This document shows positions 22,679-34,701 of a DNA stretch of 64,000 bases, in pieces. The stretch is taken from positions 18,786,001-18,850,000 of the forward strand of contig CM052849.1 of the NCBI GenBank assembly GCA_028534125.1, in the 5' to 3' direction. The notes below the pieces were generated by a model. That model was not told the origin of the DNA, ran no database searches, and saw nothing but the letters and a program-made list of their open reading frames with translations. The translations under genes were made by a program, and so were the position numbers. How positions within the stretch are numbered: the stretch's first letter is position 1; each line of letters starts with the position of its first letter. The DNA is from Lama glama. Taxonomy: Eukaryota.

Positions 22679-24189
22679 GTCTTCACCATCCCCGTCACCC
22701 AGAAAGGACGCTATTACAGACAACAGAACCAGCCACGCTGGCAGTGCCAAGCTTCTAGCTCAGCGGGGCGCTCTTAGGGGCCCAAGTACAATGAGCATCT
22801 CAAAGGAGATCCTTACAGGTGAACTCGGCTTCCGGAGCCAGTGGCCCTCTGTGCCAGCCTGATGCGTCGTTCTGCCCAGCTACCAGCCCGACGCCAGCCC
22901 GAGTTCCCTGCGGTCTCTTTAACGCACCTGCTCGTGGTGTGCAGGAGGCTGTCTCAGCGTCAGGCTTTTTCTCCTGTTCACGGCGTGGCTCACGCTCGCC
23001 GCTGTGCCATCGGGGCTCCTATTTTATTTGAACTGCGCCCTCGATGCCCTTCTCCCTGCTGTTGCCCCGGGATGCTTGGACAAGACACTGAGCAGAGTTC
23101 TGCAAGGAAAAGGAAGGCGCCTGCATCCAGAGGGAACCTGATTTGACAAGCCAAGGGTTAGCCAGGTCCAGAAGGTGGGACAGCAGGTGCTGTTTTTGTT
23201 AGATCAGCGCCCATGCCCCACCCCACCCCCAGCAAGGGGCACTGACTTCCCAGGAAGCCGCCTCTTCTCTACTTTGAGTCTTTGTTGGGTGTTAGAAAGG
23301 GTCCCGGACCTCGTGGCCGTGAGGCCAAAGTTCTGCCAATCAGCGCATCCTCTGGCCCTGCCCAGAACGAGTGGTCCTGGGGTAGCCATGTGGCCCAAGG
23401 CGGACCAACGAGACTCAACCCGGGGTTTCACCTGAGTGGCCGTGGGGGGAGGACTCATGGGTACGTCGGATGCCGGCATCTCTCTTAAGTTACGCCCAGC
23501 AGTCTCTCTAATGCACCTGCTCCCAGTATATGTGACACTGCCTTAGTTTTAATTGTCTGGGACCAAGGGCACTTCCAGACCCTGCTCGAAATCGCTCAGG
23601 TCCCGATCATTTTTATGGGTGCTCGGCATACTCATTGCTCCTACTGAGCAATGTTTTCGCCCAACACTTCGCATTATTCATCAGGGCCAAAGAAAAAACG
23701 CTGTTTTCATTAAGTGACTGTTCTTCTAGGTGCTGCTTGGCACGCATTAACACGTGGGTGGGTTTTAGCTTTGAAACTCGTAGGTGCTAACAAGGGATGA
23801 CCTAGTTAGGCGAGCCATTTCCCTCCACGGATGGAAAGCTGCTCCGGAACAATACACACAGAGCAGCACACAAGCTGCCAGAAGTGAGATCATTCTTAGG
23901 AGAGATGCTGGGATGTGAAGATGTCCAAACCCTTTGTGGTAAGGAAGAGGGTTTTTTTTTCCAGGGTATTTGAATACTAGCCAGTGAAAGCAGTCAGCTT
24001 TCAGATAAAACGCATGGTGGAATGTGTCCTGCTTCCACAATGACCTCCAGAATCAAGCTGTCACGGGGTTGTTCAATGAGGAGGGGGCCATTCAGAGCCC
24101 CATGTCCACACTAACGAAAGTGCGAGAGACTGCAGAGCACAGGAGGCTCAGCGCGCTCGGGGTAGATGGCTTCGCGCGTGGAGCCGTCT

Positions 24190-24385
24190 CCGGTGGGACT
24201 GAATCTTGGCTTTCCATCTGGTTTTTTTTACTGTGACCTTCGGTGAAGCACTTTGCCATTCTGGCCTTAGTTCCTCATCTGTAAAATGGGGCCATAATGA
24301 AACCTACCTCAAGGGGCTCTTGTGAGGATTCGGTGAGCTGCTCCTATGAAGTGCTTGGAGCAGTGGGCAGGTACGTAGGTGCTGA
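24190..24385 (+). mobile_element. MIR SINE
   Basis: ctgtgaccttcggtgaag...ccttagttcctcatctgtaaaatgggg...acctacctca...ttgtgaggatt. Confidence 0.85.
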
Positions 24386-24747
24386 CCTCGCCCTGCGCTG
24401 AGTAGCTGCTGACTTGCCTGTATTCCCCGCCAGCGGAAGCCTCTCAGCTCAGCAGGTGTCTCGGGTTTACAGCTGCGTCCATGGCACCCGGGATGCCGTG
24501 GCCCAGAACTGATCCTCAACAAATGTCGGTTAAATTCGTGAATTTTAGCACCTTGAGGAAGATAAGCCTTGCAGTTGGATTGGACAGTTTGTCTCAGAAA
24601 GACGATGAGCTGTACTTAGAAGATTCCTGAACCTCCCACGTGATCTTGGCCGAGTTACGTCCCTCCCAGGACGTATTTTCTCATCTGTGTCGGATTCTCT
24701 CGAAGATTCTTGCAGATAAATTAATAGGCAGGTCTCGCACGCTATCG

Positions 24748-25295
24748 TCTGGTGGTTCTCAGTGCTGCTGCGCATTAGAATTACCTGGCAACCTTCTGAA
24801 CCATGCCGATTCCAACCGCAGCTGCCCACTGCGTGGTCCCAGCTGAACAATGTTTAGGAAAAGGCAAAGCCACAGAGAGCGTAAACAGGTCAGTGGTTTC
24901 CAGGGGACTCACGGGAGGGCGGGGGGACCAAGCGATGCTGCAGCGGTGGGTGTGGGATGTGCCGTGTGTGCGCAGACCCGCAGAGCTTGACAGCACAAGC
25001 AGCGAGCTCTAATGGAAGCCGCGGACTTCAGGTAGCAGCAATGTCTCAGCGTCAGCTCGCGCAGGACGTCAGCAGCAGGGGGCTGCGTAGCGCTGGGCGT
25101 GCTGTATGAGAACTCTCTGCCTTTTTTGCAGTTCCTCTGGAAGCGCAAAACTGCTCTCAAGTTCATCTATTGATTAAAAAAAAAATACTGGTTTCTCTTC
25201 TCCACCACCGGAGACGGGTTTGGGGAGGAGCCCGGACGACTGTGTTTCAAAGATTCTCACCTCACTCCAATGTGCAGTGATTCTGACAACTGCTC
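24748..25295. mobile_element. MER5-like hAT-Charlie MITE split by an L1MC insertion
   Basis: gtggttctcagtgctgctgcgcattagaattacctgg (24752-24788); resumes after the L1 tail as gggtttggggaggagcccgg...tccaatgtgcag...gacaactgct. Confidence 0.6.
24820..25185 (+). mobile_element. Old L1 3' UTR (L1MC-like), strongly GC-shifted
   Basis: ggaaaaggcaaagcc...tcagtggtttccagggg...aaaactgctctc...ctattgatt + A10; homologous to the reverse complements of 29170-29635 and 45065-45530. Confidence 0.8.
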
Positions 25296-27151
25296 ACCTG
25301 GAATGAAAGGTCTGCGGGGACTGATGGATGTAGCAAGAGGGTATCTGAGTGTAGGGTGACCGTCCCAGACAGTCTAAGTCTGAGCTGTGACGTGTCCTTA
25401 CCTGCCGGTTGCTCTGTCTGGCGGGCGGGGTGTTATTCACGGTTGGAGGCCTCCTAACCTCCGACCCATCATTTCCCCAATTAGACTGTGAGTGTCTGCA
25501 GGGCAGCGCGCCGCCGCATCTGTTTGTCGTGGTCCCTCAGTGTCCGGTGCGTGCTCAGAGGGAACAGGTCCCAGCGCTCACCAGCTGATGGGTTTGGCAG
25601 AGTTGACTCAAGACTCAAGACTCCCTTCCAGCACGTCTCCGGGGGGAGTGACCAGTGGCCCCACAGGCAACAGGGTTTCCTCACGAGCTCTCCGCCCTCC
25701 TCCCCATCCAAGCTCCAAGACGTGGCTGTAATTCTCTTTAAGATTCACAAACCCCACTGAGTTCTTGTCTTTCAAATACCATTCCTTTCACATCTCCGGC
25801 GCGGCAAAGGGGAGCAACTCAGCCCCAGAGCTGCGCGATTTCCCCTTATCTGATATTTCCAGAAAAGCAAACCCCTGCCTCATTTGCAGGAGGAAATTAA
25901 AAACGCATCTTCCTCAACTCAAGGGATAATCTTCGGAAGTTTGTGGGAACCTTTAATTAGAGAGGTAGGATCAGATTAAGGGATTCAGAAGACAAAATAC
26001 CCACCCCCGCTTGAATGGCATCTCGCCGTGTGAAGATTGGCAGTCGCCGGGACCCGCTGGCGAAGGAGTTATCTGACCACCGTGATGTTTCTGAAACTGA
26101 ACTTGGAGTGAGAGGAAGGTGACATTCCAGAGGGTCCACCGTGGTTTCTTGCCCACTGAGACAAGTCACTATCTCCTGGCAAGTGCAGGGTCCGATGCTA
26201 ATTTACAAACAAGCGAAAAGGCCTGGCACTCGAGAGACCTGCAGGCCTTTGAGAGACTCACATATCCCCCTAGAACCAGGAAGGTGCCCTCGCTCCCAAA
26301 TGCAAATCTGTTTTCAGTTGGACCCAGACAAATACATGGGGCTCATATTTCAGCTCCAGGAATCAGGCTTGGCTTCCTCTTTGGATGGGATGAGCTAGAA
26401 ACACACCCACATGGCTGAGATGTCTTCAGCCCAGCCACAGGCAGGGCCTGGAGAGGGTAGACATCCCCGGATTCCTGGTGAGGGGAGACGTGATCTGTTC
26501 AGCGTCAGCCCCACCCCGGCAGGGGGAGCAGAAATATAAAATAAGGCATTTAAGGACACAGAGCTTGGATGCCTGCACCATTTGCAGAAATGAAAATCCA
26601 ACTGTATCTGTGCTGCTCTCTGGCAGAGTGCACCCTTGGTAAAAAGAGGTTACATAAGTGGATAAATTGACGCGTACATCATAATTGTGTCAGAAGTGGA
26701 ATGTTTATTTGTTACGGGTGAAGCATGGTGTTTAACTGCCGGTCTATCAACCTGAAATTCAAACAAGGAAATCTGCGTCTAGACTTATCATTGGTTCATA
26801 CGTGATGAATCTGCATTCATCCTCCTTCTGATCCACATTTGACAGAAAGGCAAGTCTGCATTTACAGACCATGTCCTGGGTCATTAAAATGTCTCTCAGA
26901 TCTAGGGGCAATGGCAGGAGCCCAAAAAGAGGCAAAGAAAAGTCTTAGAAAAATGGAGGGTGTTTTTTTCTTCCCCAGACTCGCTTGCCTGCACAGTAGG
27001 CTGATTAGGGCGTTCCCAAGCACCCGAGAAGGGGTAAAATGATGATAAAGTGTGTGAGCTTTAAGAATTAGGTGACGGCTCCTGGAGGCACTTGTTTTGT
27101 CCTCTGAACTGGCTTGCACCCAGTCCTTCTAACCACGGTTGATTTAGAGGT

Positions 27152-27156
<5 letters not shown>

Positions 27157-27193
<37 letters not shown>
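27157..27193 (+). repeat. (CA)n microsatellite
   Basis: Direct reading, with one aa interruption. Confidence 0.95.
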
Positions 27194-27194
<1 letters not shown>

Positions 27195-27288
27195 TCACCG
27201 TAGATGTGTGTGTTGTTTACAGATGCAAAATAATAAGTGCACGGTATAGAAAATTCGGAAAACTTGAAGATAAAAAGGAAATTGTGAT

Positions 27289-27419
27289 GGGGAAGGGCAG
27301 AGCTCAGTGGGAGAGCGTGGTTTAGCACGCACGAGGTCCTGGGTTCCACCCCCAGTGCCTCCTCCAAGAATAAATAAATAAATAAACATACTTACCCCAC
27401 CTCCCCCCCCCAAAAAAAA
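27289..27419 (+). mobile_element. tRNA-derived SINE (Vic-1-like, long-tail form) with 15-bp TSD
   Basis: agctcagtgggagagcg...gaggtcctgggttccacccc, then (taaa)n and a C-rich tail; TSD aaaaaggaaattgtg (27272-27286) / aaaaaggaaactgtg (27415-27429). Confidence 0.92.
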
Positions 27420-28005
27420 GGAAACTGTGCTGCCCTGTGACCTTCTCAGTCGTAAACAGGGACGTCCCGAGGGTAGGGTAGCACCCTTCCTCGGAACCCA
27501 CGGCCTGGATCTGAATTCCACGTCTCCATGTCCTCATCGGGTGGTTTGAAAATTAAATGATAAATTGCCCCTGGCACCTAATAAATGCTCAGTAAGTGGT
27601 GTCTAAGGAAACACGCACCAGACGCTTGCTCGTTGGGGATCAGAGAGATATTTTAGAAACAATCAAATATCCACCAATTAAGTCATTAATCTTAGCGGCT
27701 CTGTAGTGATCCTCCCAGAAATTCCAAACAGCGAAGCCGGTGTCCATACACTCACGCCATCGGTATTAAGTGATGAAGACGCGCATGGTCAGTGAACCCA
27801 CAGACTGATATCACCTATGATATTAAAAAGCACAGACCGAAACCATGTAACTTGGCATAAGTGCTTGTGTATCACATGGGCACACATGTTCTTATATACG
27901 CTTTACGCAGACAGTTTTACACATACATAAATTTTGGAAGGTTCCATGCCAGACTGATAACAGATATTCACTAAGGATAATTGTGAAGACAGTGTGAGGC
28001 CAAGG

Positions 28006-28008
<3 letters not shown>

Positions 28009-28038
<30 letters not shown>
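28009..28038 (+). repeat. (GT)n microsatellite
   Basis: Direct reading. Confidence 0.95.
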
Positions 28039-28039
<1 letters not shown>

Positions 28040-28289
28040 AGGGCGGGTAACTCGGATGTTACAACGATAAGTGCCAAGGAAACGTGCCCCGCAGAGCAGA
28101 GGGAGATTACAGCGGTGATGCCGCTGGCTGGATGCTCTGAGACGCTGACTCCTGAAAACGAGATGCAAAGGAAGCCGAGACTCGAGCCTGGGCTTCTGAG
28201 GGGGGGCGTTCCAGACAGAGACCAGCCGATGCCAAGTCGTCAGCGTGACTGAGGACTTTGCACCTGAACACGCCTTGTGCAGTTGGCCT

Positions 28290-28910
28290 TGGCAGGGGCA
28301 CCAGGAGCCAAAAGCCGGGCGGGCGAGGCTGTCCGTGCCCAGGGCCCAGGTCCTCTCCCGCCGGGCAGCCCCGCGGCCCCGGGCCGGACGGCAGGGCTGG
28401 AGGCTGGCTCCAGGCTCAGGGGTCCCCCAGGACCCTGCCGAGCCCCCCCCCCCCGCCCCCGGCGCAGCGCTCCCAGGTTACCACCGGCTCCCCTGACAGG
28501 TGTCACCCAAAGGCTTCTTTCCGGCCCCATGTGACCAGCTTGGCACCTCCTGCTCCTCACGCTGAATTTTCCACCACGGGGGCAGAGGGCGAGGTGGGGA
28601 GCGGCCCCACCCATGCGTTCCTTCCAGCTGTTTCTAATCCAGCTCTGGGCCACGAAGCAGCCTCCATGTCACCTGCGGGGGGGACGTGCCCCTGCCCTGG
28701 CGTCCGGAGGGAAGACGGCGCCAAGACGAAGGCCGGGAGCGTCTCTCATCCCCGCGCGCTCGCTTCTGAATCCGCGTCCAGGCCCCGCCACCGGGGGTGA
28801 TGAGCTGCCCCGCGCGTCCCGGCTCCGCGGAGCGCGTCCCCGGTGCGCGGCAGCTGCCACCTGCTCCCTGCCCGCGACCCACGTGCGTCTTCCCGAAGCG
28901 GCCAGACACA
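28290..28910. other. CpG-island-like GC-rich segment
   Basis: Dense CG dinucleotides (ccgccggg, ccgcggcc, cgcgcg, ccgcggagcgcg); no recognisable gene start. Confidence 0.7.
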
Positions 28911-29167
28911 GGCTCTCTCCACAAATGTCACCATCTTCTCCAAGTCTGTCAGCAGCGCCAGTCAAGTCTGTGTGCTCAGTTGGGAGCTTAAAGGCTTCTG
29001 GAAACCAGACCCCTTTCCTGGAAGCCGAATTCTGCTTTGAATCCGTAGGATAAATTAAGTCCAGTGACTGTGCCCGGGGAGGGAGGGGATGGGGGCACCC
29101 CAGATGAAGGAGGGCAGGTGAGCTGGGGCCGGGTCACGCAGGACCTCACTAACCACTCTTGGGACTC

Positions 29168-30290
29168 TTTTTCAAGACTTAATTTTTAAGAGAAGCTTTA
29201 AGTTCACAGGAAAATTTCAAGGAAAATATGAAGATTTCCCACATACGCACAGCCTCCCCGCTTACACCTCCCCCACCAGGCGGTACATTTGTTACAAGTG
29301 AGGACCAACACTGACACATCAGGACCATCCAGCGTCCCTGGTTCATGTTAGGGTTCACTTTTTTTTTAATTGACGTCTAGTCAGTCTACAACGTGTCAAT
29401 TTCTAGTGTGCAGTGTAACAGTTCAGTCACCCGTGTACATACGTACATTCCTTTCCATAGTCTTTTCCATTATAGGTGACTGCAAGACAGTGAATATAGT
29501 TCCCTGTGCTCTGCAGTAGAAACTCATTGTTTATCTATTTTATATTTAGTAGTTTAGTATCTGCAAGCCTCGAACACACAGTTTATCCCTAGGGTTCCCT
29601 CTTAATGTTGTTCATTCTGTGGGTTTGGACAGAATAAAGCTGCTGTCAACAGCTGTGTGCAGGTTTTTGTGCGGATGTCAAGCTTTCAGTCCCTTTGGGT
29701 AAGCAGGAAGGAGGACAGGTGGCCGGCTGCACGGCTACAGGACGTTTCGTTTTGCAGGAAACTGCCACGCAGTCTTGCACGGCGGCTGGACCCTTCTGCC
29801 TTCCCACCGTCGGTGACTGAGCGTCCCTGTTGCTCCACAGCCTCCCGGCGTCTGGCGTCAGTACTCCAGAATCTGGCCATTCGAATTCTGTGTAGAAGTA
29901 TCTCGCTGTTGTTTTAATTTGCGTTTCTCTGACGACGTACAACGTGGAGCATCTTTTCATGGGCTTATTTTCCATCTGTGTATTATCTTTGCAAAGATGC
30001 CTGTTAATTTCCTTGTTCCCCTTTTAAATTGGGTGGTCTGTTTTCTTGCTGTCGAGTTTTAAGTATGGTCTGTGTATTAAAGATAACCGTCCTTCATCAG
30101 ATGCGTCTTTTGCAAATATTTTCTCCAAGTCTGCGGCTTGTCTTTTCGTCCTCTTGAGAGTGTTTTCTGCAGGATGGAAATCTTTAATTTTAATGAAGTG
30201 CATCTTACTAATTCTTTCTCTCAGGGATACTTCCTTTGGGGTTGTATCTATAAAGTTGTCACAGACTGAGGGTCACCTACATCTCCTTCT
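29168..30290 (-). mobile_element. Old L1 (L1MC1-like) 3' region with internal deletion and a nested younger L1
   Basis: agacttaatttttaagagaagctttaagttcacag...ttctgtgggtttggaca, then end-of-ORF2-like gttttaatttgcgtttctctgacgac...tttgcaaatattttctccaagtctg. Confidence 0.85.
29360..29589 (-). mobile_element. Young L1 3' end nested in L1MC, with 11-bp TSD
   Basis: T tail + aattgacgtctagtcagtctacaa...gtttatccc; TSD tagggttcact (29349-29359) / tagggttccct (29590-29600). Confidence 0.9.
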
Positions 30291-30334
30291 AGAAGGGGAT
30301 GGCCCTGCGCTTCCATCTCAGTGAATCACAGCTC

Positions 30335-31010
30335 CCTGCTTCTGTCATCACGTCTACCTTCAGAACATATCCTGACTCTGGAATGGTCTCACCATCTTCA
30401 CCGCTGCCACCCAGGTACAGCAGCACCTTCTGTCAAGGTCCTTGCCACGCTCCCGTCCCGGGACCTCCGGGATTTCACTTTTCATCTTCTAGTGCCTCTT
30501 CTCAAACGGGAGAGCTCAAGCAATGTTTCAAATCCATTTTATTTTTTTTTTCATTGAAGGGACAGTTGATTTACAATATTCCATTAATTTCAGGTGCGCA
30601 GCATAGTGATTCAGTATTTTTACAGATTACACTCCATTAAAAGTTATTTCAAGAAAATGGCTGTAATTCCTTGTGCCCCGCAATATATCCTTGTTGTGTA
30701 TCTATTTTATACGTACTAGTTTGTGTCTCTTAATCCCAGACACGAGGGGAGAGGGATGGGGGATGGGGGATGTGGCTAGAGCCGTTTTTTAAAATATAAA
30801 TCAGGTGATGCTGCTTTTCTGTTCAGTATCTCGCAAATGGCTTCTCATCACCCTGAGTACCAGATCCAACATCCTTTGGGTAACCTACAGGACCCTAGGT
30901 GATGTGGTCCCATCTGCCTCCTTGGACCCATTTCCCATGGCTCGTCCTCCACCCTCTGGACTCCAGCCACACCAGACACCACGCTCCTCCATTACACCTT
31001 GTTCCTGCAT
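30335..31010 (+). mobile_element. L2 LINE fragments interrupted by L1
   Basis: tctaccttcagaacatatcc...tctcaccatcttcaccgctgccacc and ttttaaaatataaatcagg...aatggcttctcatcac...cctacaggaccct...ctccagccacaccag. Confidence 0.7.
30537..30742 (-). mobile_element. L1 3' end (older cetartiodactyl subfamily)
   Basis: T tail + cattgaagggacagttgatttacaatatt...cagcatagtgattcagtattttt...tgtgtctcttaatccc. Confidence 0.85.
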
Positions 31011-31584
31011 CCCATCCCATCCCCACCTCCACCTCTGCACCTGCCGTCTCTCTCCCTGGCACCTTCTTCCCCTGGCCCTCCCCCCAGCCCTCCTCTCTCT
31101 CTCTTTCTTAGGTCCTCCCTCCCTTCCTCTCCCCTGAGGATGCACATATTCCTTGAAGAAATGGCCGCATTGTTCTCGCTCAGAAATAAACAAAGAAACA
31201 AGAACTGCCAGCTTCCCTTCTTTCTCAGCCCCAAGGACATTATTTGGCTGAACTCCCAGACGGTAATGAAGACAGGGAGGCGTTTAAGCTTTGTAATCAC
31301 TTCTCTGAGGCTGAAAGAATTGGAACATAGAGCTGGAAGTTGGCTAAATGCTCCACTGTGTTAAATAAAAATTAATAAGGAGTCTTACTGAACCCTTAGG
31401 GGGAATATGGCAAGTGGAATATTTCTGATGGTTTTAACTGGGGTTGATACAAGAGACACTAACAAGACAGGCCCAGGTCAGGCAGAATATACACGCCCTA
31501 CTGTCGAGAAGCAGAGAACACACCTGAATTTAAAACCTATTCTCTATTCCCTTTTCAGTGCATGGGCTCTGAGCCCACTGCTTC

Positions 31585-31745
31585 TTTTGGCTGAGCCTCA
31601 GTTTCCTCATCTGTACAATGGGGCGACAATAGCGCACTCCTCGTAAGGTTGTTGCAATGGCTGAATGAGACGATGATTGCAAATGTCTTAGCACCTTGTC
31701 TGGTACATGGTAGACCTTAGGTACATAATAATAATCATTATTAGC
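31585..31745 (+). mobile_element. MIR SINE
   Basis: ctgagcctcagtttcctcatctgtacaatgggg...gtaaggttgttg...cttagcaccttgtctggtacatggtag. Confidence 0.85.
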
Positions 31746-32089
31746 AGTAGTAATACTATTTCTATTACTACTACAACTATTATTGTTATTGACAAAGATC
31801 ACATGGTAAGTAGCTACCATTTGATATTTCCTTATTCTCAGCCTATGATTTTTTTCTGCTCTATGGCTAAAACTCAAACAAACAAACGGAAATCAGCATT
31901 CTTTGAGTCTCCAATCACGCATTTATAAACCGTCTTGTTTCACTAAGGGCAAGAATCAAGAGATAAACACAGCGAGCAGATAATAAGAAAGCAAAACCGC
32001 TCCCAAGTTCTGCCCTCTGTCTGGCCGCAACCTGGATTCTCACATGCGAGGGGGCAGCGTCATTTCAGACCTGCCGATGCAGGGTCTCT

Positions 32090-32880
32090 AGGAAGCCCGA
32101 CCCCCTCTGGGGTGTCCGCGCTGCTGTACACAAGCGGGCCAGTCCTCTGGGTTAAGGGGTGCCTCTCCTGGGTGCGTCTCTCCGGGGAGCCCCCAGTAAC
32201 CGTCTGGACCCGTGCGGACAGGCCCACGGGTGCGGCGCTGACAGACACGTCTGGGGGAAATGGCTCCAGCGGACAAAAGCTACGCTGGGGCAGGGGGAGA
32301 GCGAACACCGCACCGCCGGGCACCGATGCCTGGGAAGTGCCCAGTGGAGCGTGTGTGCCTCGGCCCGACGGGGCGGACGGCTGCGCCCGCAGCGCGGCGC
32401 TTCCAGGAAACGCGCTGCAAAAGGGAAGGCAGCTCTCGCAACAACGGGACAAGGAGGACGGCGCGCTAAGCCCGTGTGCGACTCACCCGCAGGCGGCTTC
32501 CCCCCGCGCTCGCCTCGCCGCAGCTCGAAACCTGCAGGTGGAAGACGAGCCCCGAGCCAGGGCCCGGCCCAGCAGGGCTCCTCACGGCCCCCCTCGGAGG
32601 CGCGCCCCGTCGTCGGCGTGGTTCTTCCCACGGACGTGCGTAAGGGAGCGTGTGCGCCCGGGCGGTGGTGACTTTCCCAAAGAGGTGCGCGCTTGTTCTC
32701 AGACCTGAAAACACACCCACCCCCGGGAACGCATTACCTGTGGCTTGGGTCTCCTTCCCTTCTCTCTCTCTCAGCAAAACGACACAGCAGAGGAAGCGGC
32801 AGAAAACCTCGATCATCCTGTTTAACAGGGTTACACGCGGGGGACGCGGAGGGGCTTCACCCGCCACCGCCCCTCGGTGC
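32090..32880. other. CpG-island-like GC-rich segment
   Basis: Very frequent CG dinucleotides over about 0.8 kb; overlapping ORFs in many frames reflect stop-codon scarcity. Confidence 0.7.
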
Positions 32881-34574
32881 CTGGAAAAGATGGGACGTAA
32901 TGCTCCACCAAGAGCCCACCCTGAAGCTGTCAGCAAACTAAATGCCACCCGGACTTTGATGCTGGGCGTCTCCCTGGCTCCTCCAGGAATTCTCAGATCG
33001 GACTCCCGCTTCAGGTTCCTGGAAGACTCTTCAAGAAGTGAACGCCCGTCTTCTGAACGCAGCCAGCACAGTAGCACTTACGGAACGTCTTTCCCCCAGT
33101 TAATGTGCCCACTGGCTGGCGGCTCCCGGGGAAGGGAAGACCTTTGGAGAGGAACTGGGACCCTGCACGGGTTGGTCTGGGTGCGGAGGGCAACAGAGAG
33201 GAAGCTCCGGAGAGTCTCAGCCAAGTTCTTTGGAAGGTGTTGGGATCCTGCCTTGCTGGTGAGCTTTTGTTTTGGCTACAGCGAAAGTGGGTGATGTTTC
33301 TAACCAGCACGTTGGAGCGGAAGGGGAGGGGGTGGGTCCTTGAAGGGCGGGACCCTGTAACTTCTAACCCACGGCCGACTCTGAGAACGGCTCCATTTGT
33401 GATGAAAGAACATTCCTCATGTGTGTCTGCGTTTAACCAGGTCCAGCCCCACGGCAGCAAAGGGTCCCCGTCCAGCAGATCCACAGCCTAAAATCGCTCA
33501 GAGATGACTGACAGTTCAACCTCCCAAGGGTGAGCTGAGGGAGCCTGTGGGTGCGCAGGTCTTGGTACTCGGAAAAGGGAAAGAAAACCCCTTTCATTCT
33601 GATGATGGATTTGGTCACTTACCTTTACGCCTGGAGCCATATTTGAAAAGAACAAGACGTCTTCCGTGAAACAGCAGCTGGGAAAGACTTTGCAGCCCTT
33701 TCTAGGATAAATAATTCGCTGTTACCTGATTCCAGGGTCACTCCTGAAACTGGCATGCCCGGTGGCAGGAAGGAACGATGCTCCGCGGGGAAGTGGTAAT
33801 GGCGTGGACATTCATTCCCCTTCACCCTCGCGGGTTACAGGAAGAGGTGACCCTCGCGCCTTTCAGTTCATCCAGGAATCAGTCCTACACGGATATTTAA
33901 AGGAGCAACGCCCTCTATTTTCCAGATGAGGCAGACACCACAGTGTTAGCTTAACAGTGACTTATTTCTTCTATATTCTGCTTTCACTGGAAGCTGACAT
34001 CTGCTTGCTCAAAACGTCTCACCCTGACAGGTGACACAGCCGCCAGCATGTCCCCGGGGCTCTCTGGGAGCCAANNNNNNNNNNNNNNNNNNNNNNNNNN
34101 NNNNNNNNNNNNNNNNNNNNNNNNNNNNNNNNNNNNNNNNNNNNNNNNNNNNNNNNNNNNNNNNNNNNNNNNNNNNNNNNNNNNNNNNNNNNNNNNNNNN
34201 NNNNNNNNNNNNNNNNNNNNNNNNNNNNNNNNNNNNNNNNNNNNNNNNNNNNNNNNNNNNNNNNNNNNNNNNNNNNNNNNNNNNNNNNNNNNNNNNNNNN
34301 NNNNNNNNNNNNNNNNNNNNNNNNNNNNNNNNNNNNNNNNNNNNNNNNNNNNNNNNNNNNNNNNNNNNNNNNNNNNNNNNNNNNNNNNNNNNNNNNNNNN
34401 NNNNNNNNNNNNNNNNNNNNNNNNNNNNNNNNNNNNNNNNNNNNNNNNNNNNNNNNNNNNNNNNNNNNNNNNNNNNNNNNNNNNNNNNNNNNNNNNNNNN
34501 NNNNNNNNNNNNNNNNNNNNNNNNNNNNNNNNNNNNNNNNNNNNNNNNNNNNNNNNNNNNNNNNNNNNNNNNNN

Positions 34575-34701
34575 AGCGCCTTCAGAGGGAGCCCGGCCCT
34601 GCACACGCCTTGATTCTGTCCTTCTAGCCTCCAAAACCTTGAGAGAATAAATTTCTATTGTTCTAAGCCACCACTGTTAGAGCAGCTTTGGAAAGCAACA
34701 C
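34575..34701 (+). mobile_element. MaLR LTR 3' end (MLT1B/C-like), cut by a gap
   Basis: gccttcagagggagcccggccctgc...ttctagcctccaaaacc...gagagaataaatttctattgttctaagccacc. Confidence 0.85.

Noticed and set aside
32060-33491. Many long overlapping ORFs
   Set aside because: Explained by stop-codon scarcity in GC-rich DNA; low-complexity translations in all frames.
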